Source: a bacterium (lineage in GTDB: Bacteria; Patescibacteriota; Patescibacteriia; JAACEG01; JAGUWE01). Taken from it: DNA of 64,000 bases. Positions 57,608 through 64,000 of this stretch are shown here, piece after piece (the stretch's first letter is position 1; every line of letters begins with the position of its first letter). The position numbers and the translations under genes are program-made. The DNA lies in NCBI GenBank assembly GCA_043798995.1, contig JAZDOD010000008.1, positions 119,468 to 183,467 of the forward strand, in the 5' to 3' direction. The notes under the pieces are model-generated. The model had not been told where the DNA came from, did no database searches, and was given only the letters and a program-made list of their open reading frames with translations.

Positions 57608-57895
57608 ATGGGAATTGAAAAATTAGAACCTCAAAAACCAAGAGAAATCATTGAAGTTAAAAACAAAGAAGAATGGTTTAATGAAGCGCCTCAATTAAAA
57701 GATTTTCTTGAAAAATTAACTGATCCTATCTTGGGTGCCGAGGAAATCGAAAAAATGCTTTTTGATTACAATGCTAAAGCAAAAGATTTGCCGCCAGGAG
57801 AAATAAAGCGTTACGCCTTCACCACTGAAAACGGAATTACCATCGAACTCTGTAAAGACGAAGAAGGAAAAATCGCTTTTAATTGGTCAAAATAA
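57608..57895 (+). CDS. hypothetical protein
   Basis: 95 aa. A clean terminator follows at 57910-57938. Confidence 0.3.
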   Translation: MGIEKLEPQKPREIIEVKNKEEWFNEAPQLKDFLEKLTDPILGAEEIEKMLFDYNAKAKDLPPGEIKRYAFTTENGITIELCKDEEGKIAFNWSK

Positions 57896-57909
57896 CATAT
57901 TTTTGACAA

Positions 57910-57938
57910 AAAAACGGCCCGATTTTAGCCGTTTTTTT
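57910..57938 (+). terminator. rho-independent terminator
   Basis: AAACGGCccgattttaGCCGTTTTTTT. Confidence 0.7.
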
Positions 57939-57979
57939 ATTTGACCGCAGTGGTTAATTTGACTATAATTTAAATAGTT

Positions 57980-59428
57980 ATGTCTGATGATTATCAATCA
58001 GGAAAAATCACCAAAAATACCGGCTATTTAATTGCCTCTTATATTGGACAAAATTTTTTGTCTTTTATTTTTTTTATTATCTTAGCTCGTTTCTTGGGAG
58101 TAGAAGATTTGGGTAAATATGTCTTTGCTTTTTCTTTTGCTACTCTTTTTAGCATCGCGGTTGATCTTAATTTAAGTCAAGTTCTCACTCGCGAGATAGC
58201 TAAATTTAAAGACAAGGCAGAAAATTATTTGAACAATATCATAGCTTTCAAGTTAATTACAGCGGCGCTAACTTATTTGACGGTAGTTTTGTTAATTAAT
58301 TTTTTGAATTACCCCGATCTCACTAAAATTTTAGTTTACCTTACAGGGTTAGTGATGATTTTAGATTCTTTTTCTTTAACTTTTTATGGCGCCTTGCGCG
58401 GCATTCAAAATCTCAAATTTGAGGCCTTAAGTACAATCTACGGTCAATTAATCATTATTTCTTTAGGCACTGTAGCTTTATTTTTAGGTTTACCTTTACC
58501 CGTCTTAATTGTAATTTATATTTTGGCCAGTTTATTTAAATTTATTTATTCCTTTTGGCAGGTTAAGAAAAATCTTAGGGTAAAATTTAGACCAAATCTT
58601 GACAAGTCAATTTTAAAATTACTTTTTGCTCTAGCCCTACCCTTTGCTTTAGCGGGAATTTTCAACAGAGTTTTTTATTATACTGATACAATTTTCCTTT
58701 CTAAATTAATAGGTGATGTGGCGGTTGGTATTTATAGCATTGCTTATAAATTAACTTATTCTTTGCAATTTATTCCCGCTGCTTTAGGAGCAGCCCTTTT
58801 TCCGGCTATGAGCAGTTTTTATCTTACTTCACCGGAGAACCTTAAAAAATCGTTTGAAAAATCATTTTTATATCTTTCGTTTATAGCCCTGCCAATTACT
58901 TTTGGCACTATTGCTTTAGCGCCAGAATTAATCAAAACTCTTTATAGCGAAAAGTATCTTGAGGCAATTTTACCACTTCAACTTTTGATTATGGCTGTTA
59001 TTTTTATTTTTCTTAATTATCCCATTGGCTCACTGCTTAATGCTTGCGATAGACAAAAAGCCAACACTTTTAATGTTGGGATAGCGATGGCGGCTAATAT
59101 TATTTTAAATATTATTTTAATTCCGCGTTTCAGTTACGTTGGTGCGGCAATCTCAGGTTTGGTAAGTCAAACTTTGTGGTTTGTTCTTGGTCTTTATCAG
59201 GCCAATAAATTGATAAAAATTGATAAAAAAATGTTGGGCAGAAAAACAGCTTTAATATTTTTATCGGCCGTGATAATGTTTTTTATGATTGTGATGTTTA
59301 AAAAAGTTAACTGGCTTTTAGCCGGTGGATTTTCAACTATTTTTTATTTGATGCTGATAATTGTGTTTAGAGTTATTAAGATAGTTGAAATCAAAGAGTT
59401 GATAAGCACGGTTATTAAGAAAACTTAA
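57980..59428 (+). CDS. polysaccharide/oligosaccharide flippase (MOP superfamily, Wzx-like)
   Basis: 482 aa with about 14 TM segments. Confidence 0.7.
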   Translation: MSDDYQSGKITKNTGYLIASYIGQNFLSFIFFIILARFLGVEDLGKYVFAFSFATLFSIAVDLNLSQVLTREIAKFKDKAENYLNNIIAFKLITAALTYLTVVLLINFLNYPDLTKILVYLTGLVMILDSFSLTFYGALRGIQNLKFEALSTIYGQLIIISLGTVALFLGLPLPVLIVIYILASLFKFIYSFWQVKKNLRVKFRPNLDKSILKLLFALALPFALAGIFNRVFYYTDTIFLSKLIGDVAVGIYSIAYKLTYSLQFIPAALGAALFPAMSSFYLTSPENLKKSFEKSFLYLSFIALPITFGTIALAPELIKTLYSEKYLEAILPLQLLIMAVIFIFLNYPIGSLLNACDRQKANTFNVGIAMAANIILNIILIPRFSYVGAAISGLVSQTLWFVLGLYQANKLIKIDKKMLGRKTALIFLSAVIMFFMIVMFKKVNWLLAGGFSTIFYLMLIIVFRVIKIVEIKELISTVIKKT

Positions 59429-59432
59429 GACA

Positions 59433-59560
59433 TTGTCATTCCCGTTCCGTATCAAGAGTCCGGGGATTGTCATGCTGAACTCGTTTCAGCATCTCAGAGA
59501 CCCTGAAACAAGTTCAGGGTGACACAAGAAAATGTCCTGAAATAAATTCAGGATGACCAT
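59433..59560. repeat. tandem array of four hairpin-repeat units
   Basis: TGTCATTCCCG...CCGGGGAT; TGTCATGCTGAACtcgTTTCAGCATCTCAG; GACCCTGAAacaagTTCAGGGTGACA; TGTCCTGAAataaaTTCAGGATGACCA. Confidence 0.7.
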
Positions 59561-59568
59561 AAATAATT

Positions 59569-60726
59569 ATGAAAAAAGTTTTGCTTTTAACTTTGGATTT
59601 TCCGCCGCAGACCGGCGGAGTTGCTAATTATTTGGCTAATATTAGCCAAAATTTGTCAGCAGATAAAATTTCCATTTTAACAGTCAGGCAAAGTGGTTCA
59701 GCTAAATTTGATCAAAAACAGGGCTATAAAATTTATCGGGAAAATTTAATAAGTCAACTGCCAATTTGGCCCAAGTGGCTTGCGGCAATTTATCACGCTT
59801 TTCAGGTTATTAAAAAAGAAAAACCGGATTTAATTTTAGTTGGTCAAATTTTGCCTTTAGGCACGGTCGCTTTAGTCATTAAAAAACTTACAGGTCTTAA
59901 CTATTTTGTCTCTTGTCATGGTATGGATATTTTGCTGGCGCAAAAAAACAAGCGAAAAAAATGGCTGACAACTCTAATAATTAAAAACTCCCAACAGATT
60001 ATTGCTAATAGCCAATTTACTAAAAAAGAAATTATGAAATTGGGGGCAGGGGAGAATAAAATAACGGTAATTTATCCTTGCCCCCACACCAATATAATTG
60101 GTGTGGGGGCTTGTCCGAATATAACTAACAACCAACAACTTAACAACAAACAACTAAATGAAAAATTTAATTTATCTAATAAGAAAGTTCTTTTAACCGT
60201 TGGCAGATTAGTTGAACGAAAAGGACAAGACCAAGTTATTCGGGCTTTACCCGAGGTGATTAAAAGTTTTCCCAAACTCGTTTATTTTATTGTTGGCAGC
60301 GGGCCTTATCAGGGCGAGTTAGAAAAATTAGCCAAAGAATTAAATTTAGAAGATAAGATTATTTTTGCCGGCAGAGTGAATGATGAAGAATTAACCAATT
60401 ATTACCAAACAGCTGATATTTTTATTATGGCATCAAGACAAATTGCCGGCGATGTTGAGGGCTTTGGCATTGTTTATTTGGAGGCGGCTTCTTTCGGCTT
60501 GCCCGTCATTGCCGGCCGATCCGGCGGAGTAGGAGAAGCTGTGTTAGATGGACAAACTGGTATTTTGGTTAATCCGGAAAACATAAAAGAGATTGCCCAA
60601 GCAATTATAAAATTATTGGCAGATGAGAATTTAGCCAAAAAAATGGGACAAACAGGGAAGGAAAGAGTAGAAAAGGAATTTCAGTGGTCTAAACAAGCAG
60701 CGAAGTTAAAAGAATTATTAAAATAA
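59569..60726 (+). CDS. glycosyltransferase family 4 carrying an in-frame palindrome insertion
   Basis: GT4 C-terminal motifs (VGRLVERKGQD, EGFGIVYLEAASFGLPVIA). The 29-bp CCCCCACACC palindrome at 60081-60109 encodes PHTNIIGVGA. Confidence 0.8.
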   Translation: MKKVLLLTLDFPPQTGGVANYLANISQNLSADKISILTVRQSGSAKFDQKQGYKIYRENLISQLPIWPKWLAAIYHAFQVIKKEKPDLILVGQILPLGTVALVIKKLTGLNYFVSCHGMDILLAQKNKRKKWLTTLIIKNSQQIIANSQFTKKEIMKLGAGENKITVIYPCPHTNIIGVGACPNITNNQQLNNKQLNEKFNLSNKKVLLTVGRLVERKGQDQVIRALPEVIKSFPKLVYFIVGSGPYQGELEKLAKELNLEDKIIFAGRVNDEELTNYYQTADIFIMASRQIAGDVEGFGIVYLEAASFGLPVIAGRSGGVGEAVLDGQTGILVNPENIKEIAQAIIKLLADENLAKKMGQTGKERVEKEFQWSKQAAKLKELLK

Positions 60727-60953
60727 AAAACGAGGTGATAATAAATATTCACCCCATTTTCTCTTTGGCAACCAGAAAATTTATTAAGTAAAGTTGGCAA
60801 ACCTTGACATTAAGATTAACTCAAGGTTTTTTTTATTTGTTTTAAAAGAGCCCTTTTGAGATTTTTTTTGTTCTTGACAAAATTGAAAATATTTGCTTAG
60901 ATTGAAAGCAGATTATATGTTTAATCATTCTTTCTAAAAAGGAGGAAAAAATT

Positions 60954-61166
60954 ATGTCAAACTGCGGTTGTGAAGGCAGCTGCCCAGTTTGTCGCTTGGG
61001 CGAAGTGGATAATCATAAATGCGCTCGTTGCGGGGCGGAGTTCTGCCCGAAGTGTCATGGCATCACGAATAATGTCAAATCGAAAAATGTGTTGCTCTGC
61101 AAGTGCAAGAAGGTTGTGAATAAGAAGAAAAAAAAGAAGAAAGAAAAAAAGAAGCGCAAAAGGTAG
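60954..61166 (+). CDS. Cys-rich small protein (12 Cys in 50 aa) with a poly-Lys tail
   Basis: AAAGGAGGAAAAAATT Shine-Dalgarno sequence. A terminator follows at 61192-61221. Confidence 0.5.
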   Translation: MSNCGCEGSCPVCRLGEVDNHKCARCGAEFCPKCHGITNNVKSKNVLLCKCKKVVNKKKKKKKEKKKRKR

Positions 61167-61191
61167 TTTTTTATCGACGCACAAACAATCA

Positions 61192-61221
61192 TGGCCACAT
61201 GCTTCGTCCTGTGGCTTTTTT
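61192..61221 (+). terminator. rho-independent terminator
   Basis: GGCCACAtgcttcgtccTGTGGC + T7. Confidence 0.7.
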
Positions 61222-61401
61222 TCTTTCCAAAAAAATTTTAAAAAGGTTCATCCGCCAGCTGGCGGGGAAAATGTAAAAAATTATTTGTGATTTTTTGTTA
61301 GCCCAATTCCGATTTTTTTTATTCTATTTTAAAAGGACAAAATAAATTTATTTCGCCTATTTAAGTTTCGGAGTGAACGGATTTTGCACAATGGGCGGCG
61401 G

Positions 61402-61848
61402 CTACAAACCTTCTTTAATTTTATCAACTATCTTCTTTTTAACTATAGTGGATACTTCTCCCCCCCTTTCTTTATTATAATGATGACCAAATTCTGGATC
61501 TTCAAAAATTTTACCGGCGAATTCAACTTTATAATTATATCTTGGTCGGAAATGCCAATGAACATGGGGATTCGGCGGATCATTTTGATAAGCATTGTTC
61601 ATTAAACAAGTCCAATTAAACATTGTTGCATCAAAAGACCTTTTCAAAGCTGATTCAATTCTTTTGACAAGTTTAATGAAATCAGACCATTCAGAATTTT
61701 TTAATTCAGCCAAATCCCCACAATGTCTTTTCAAAGTTATATAACATCGACCAAGATATGCCTGATCGGATGCAATAGTCACTTTCCAGAATTTGGTCTG
61801 GTAAATCAAATCATTCTTATTCGGTTTTTGACAACCATCGCATTTCAT
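61402..61848 (-). CDS. HIT-family (histidine triad) protein
   Basis: HVHWHFRPRY triad. The probable start is MKCDGCQ at 61848. The ORF-track start at 62022 is an extension. Confidence 0.6.
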   Translation of the reverse strand: MKCDGCQKPNKNDLIYQTKFWKVTIASDQAYLGRCYITLKRHCGDLAELKNSEWSDFIKLVKRIESALKRSFDATMFNWTCLMNNAYQNDPPNPHVHWHFRPRYNYKVEFAGKIFEDPEFGHHYNKERGGEVSTIVKKKIVDKIKEGL

Positions 61849-61903
61849 AAGTTTATATAAATTATGTATTATATACGAAATATACGCAAAAACCACGATT
61901 TTT

Positions 61904-62380
61904 TTAACTGAACCTTGAGTTGAGCCAGTCGCCGAGATAGTGGCTAAGAATAACAACGAGTAAGGCGATAAACAAATGCTCGGCCACGGCTGGCCAGGGT
62001 TTGCTTTTTTGTTCTTTGGCAATATAAAAACTAAAAATTCCTAAAAGTATTAGTCCGCTGATGACACTGATAATTATTGCCTTACCAAGCGGAAGCAGCA
62101 AGACCGGAATAATAAATATCAGCGTGAAGATGAATTTAAACAAAAAAGTGGTCAAAGTTGATTCCCAGATTTCTTTTTTAGTATGTCTGTTTTCTGATTC
62201 TTCGGCAATGTGGATGCCTAAAGCATCGGAAAAGGCATCGGCAACAGCAATGGTTAGAATTCCGCCGATAACCGCCAATTTTGAGTGCGTGCCTGAATGG
62301 AGGCCGACCATTAATCCTAAAGTTGTAATTATGCCCGAGGTCAGCCCAAAACTCAGGCCAACTTGTAACGAATGCCGCAT
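61904..62380 (-). CDS. VIT1/CCC1 (DUF125) family membrane protein
   Basis: GLSFGLTSGIITTLGLMVG...AVADAFSDALG pattern, 4-5 TM segments. Confidence 0.55.
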   Translation of the reverse strand: MRHSLQVGLSFGLTSGIITTLGLMVGLHSGTHSKLAVIGGILTIAVADAFSDALGIHIAEESENRHTKKEIWESTLTTFLFKFIFTLIFIIPVLLLPLGKAIIISVISGLILLGIFSFYIAKEQKSKPWPAVAEHLFIALLVVILSHYLGDWLNSRFS

Positions 62381-62389
62381 AAATAAAAA

Positions 62390-63994
62390 TTAGTTGATTT
62401 CTAATTTGCTTAGAATATCAGTTTGATAACTCTCTAATCCTTGAATAAATTGATCTAAAAATTTTGTTACTTCTTCATTATTTAATAAGCTTGGTTTTCC
62501 TGCGTTAGAGTGGAAGGGGAATAAATATAAGGTAGTTTTTTGCTGTGCAGCAATAACGCCGACTGAAAGACCAATATTTACTTCTTCTGGAGAATCTTGA
62601 TCAAATATAAAGTTGCCTAATGAATAAAAAATCGGTTTGCCTTGGTAGATTTCTAGCGGCTGAATAACGTGAGGATGATGGCCAATGATTAAATCAGCGC
62701 CGGCATTAATAAATTTTTGAGCAAGATCTCTCTGTCGGGTTGTAGGCATAGTGCCGTATTCTTCCCCCCAATGGACATTTAAAAAAACAAAATCGTGATT
62801 TTTTTTGGCATTGCTGATAATTTGTAGTGCCGGTTCAGTCGGTAAGACGCCCCCAACGTCATTAAACCCACAGAGAGCGATTTTTAAGTTGTTTTTATCA
62901 ATTGTTGCGCAGGTTTTGTTGTTTATTTCATAAGCCCCAAATGACCGAATATTTGCTTTGTTTAGAAAATTTCGAGTATCTTCATCACCTGCTAAAAAAT
63001 AGTCTAAGGTATGGTTATTAGCCAGATTAAGAAGGTTGAACCTATATTTTTTCAGTAATGGCAATACTTGCTCAGGATTAAAGCGAAAAATCACTGGTTT
63101 ATTTTGTGCTTTTTTTTGATAACTTAAAACTCCTTCTAAATTTAGAATATTAAAATTATTGCCTTTGAAAAATCGTTCTTCTTGTCCGGCGATCGTAGAC
63201 AAAATATCTTCAGCCCCCAGCAGAGAAGCAATTTTTCGATCAAACATGGCATCGCCAAAAAAATGCAGACTAATTTGTGGAGATTGTTTTTTTTCCCCTG
63301 AAGAAAAAGAAATGTAAAGATGGCTAGTTGTTTGCTCAGGTTTTTGTTGGAAAAAAAAGTCCTGGCTATTGGTATGATTTAACAATGAAACATTCATGAG
63401 ATTTTCTTTTTCTGCCCAACGAGTTATCGCTCGTAAAGATGCTGGTGAATCTACTTCAATAGACTTAAGTTCATCATAATCAAAGTTTTGTATGGCCGTA
63501 AATGAGGATTGATCATGAAAATCTGCGACCGAATATGGCATATAATGCGAGAAGTCAACGCTGGCAATTACTAAAATATCTTGCTTATCAGCTAATAAAT
63601 TCATATATAAAGCCAACTGGTCAATTTCTTTATCAGAAGTATCTACTTTTAGGGTGAAAGGAACAAACTCAGCAGTTGGGAAAAATTCTTTTATGAATGT
63701 CGCGTGCGCATATATGCTATGTTCTTTTTCAAATGATTGACAATTAATAGCAGCTAAATTTTTTTGGGTCACTTCTTGAACAATCTTTGGGGTTGTTTTT
63801 AAATCTCCCCGAACGGTAGTATATGTGCTGTTACAAGTTTGGATATTTTGCTCGCCTTTTTCAAAATGATTGGGGCCAACTAATATAACTACTTTCGGTT
63901 GAAATTGCTCTGATAAGCTGCGATAAATTTTTGTTAGTTCTGGCGCTGTAATCAAATGATGCGGAAGGATAACCGCACGAGTTGAGCCCGGCAC
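62390..63994 (-). CDS. fusion protein: N-terminal MEMO1-family (AmmeMemoRadiSam protein B-like) domain and C-terminal CapA/PgsA metallophosphatase-like domain
   Basis: N-terminus AVILPHH...VVILVGPNH...VDFSHY. C-terminus LANNHTLDY...HWGEEY...IIGHHPH...YSLGNFIFDQ. Confidence 0.6.
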   Translation of the reverse strand: MPGSTRAVILPHHLITAPELTKIYRSLSEQFQPKVVILVGPNHFEKGEQNIQTCNSTYTTVRGDLKTTPKIVQEVTQKNLAAINCQSFEKEHSIYAHATFIKEFFPTAEFVPFTLKVDTSDKEIDQLALYMNLLADKQDILVIASVDFSHYMPYSVADFHDQSSFTAIQNFDYDELKSIEVDSPASLRAITRWAEKENLMNVSLLNHTNSQDFFFQQKPEQTTSHLYISFSSGEKKQSPQISLHFFGDAMFDRKIASLLGAEDILSTIAGQEERFFKGNNFNILNLEGVLSYQKKAQNKPVIFRFNPEQVLPLLKKYRFNLLNLANNHTLDYFLAGDEDTRNFLNKANIRSFGAYEINNKTCATIDKNNLKIALCGFNDVGGVLPTEPALQIISNAKKNHDFVFLNVHWGEEYGTMPTTRQRDLAQKFINAGADLIIGHHPHVIQPLEIYQGKPIFYSLGNFIFDQDSPEEVNIGLSVGVIAAQQKTTLYLFPFHSNAGKPSLLNNEEVTKFLDQFIQGLESYQTDILSKLEIN

Positions 63995-64000
63995 AGCTAT

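Noticed and set aside
59433-59560. The tandem hairpin units here and at 48935-49090 could be a CRISPR array.
   Set aside because: Units are heterogeneous hairpins with no constant repeat sequence, no regular repeat-spacer periodicity and no unique spacers. No cas genes are nearby.

Overview
This is a low-GC, gene-dense bacterial window. It probably comes from a reduced-genome, CPR/Patescibacteria-like organism. That placement is inference only, based on a DUF4012-type surface protein, an RpoA without its C-terminal domain, a Tgt that has lost its zinc cysteines, and many very small proteins. In order, the window holds: (1) The 3' end of an ADP-forming acyl-CoA synthetase, then a NifU-like gene. 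(2) A minus-strand type IV pilus operon at 1169-10990 (pilM/N/O, a PilX-like protein, a pseudopilin, a 729-aa giant pilin carrying a PD40-type 7-blade propeller, pilC, pilB). (3) Two GT4 glycosyltransferases. (4) A defence/accessory island at about 13.9-27.8 kb. It holds RadC, a nucleotidyltransferase-HEPN pair with a textbook promoter/operator, and a small GIY-YIG element bounded by inverted repeats. It also holds a type I R-M system: an hsdM fused to a half-hsdS, a split ABC-ATPase with an HEPN-like tail, an inserted DUF4143 ATPase, hsdR, and hsdS remnants. The island ends with two ArsR-like paralog cassettes, a NYN-domain protein and a nitroreductase. (5) A GT4, a DUF4012-like protein and an Ig-repeat surface protein. 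(6) Housekeeping genes: tgt with two repeat-derived in-frame insertions, a HAD 5'-nucleotidase, a TauE family gene, pyrC, hpf, secA, two NUDIX genes, yidC, an SPFH gene, secD with an embedded parvulin domain, secF, purM with a Zn-ribbon extension, and an rve-family transposase. Then a ribosomal cluster: infA-rpmJ-rpsM-rpsK-rpsD-rpoA(NTD only)-rplQ, a GerMN gene, rplM and rpsI. (7) A flippase, a GT4, a Cys-rich peptide gene, a HIT gene, a VIT1 gene and a MEMO-CapA fusion. Beyond the genes, the window carries several dispersed repeat families. One is a hairpin family (CTGG-hairpin-GACA) whose ATGACA end creates false start codons. One is a CCCCCACACC palindrome family linked to the GIY-YIG element. 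One is a GC-rich GCGAGCG-ended MITE-like pair, and one is a set of heptamer microsatellites. No rRNA, tRNA or CRISPR could be supported.
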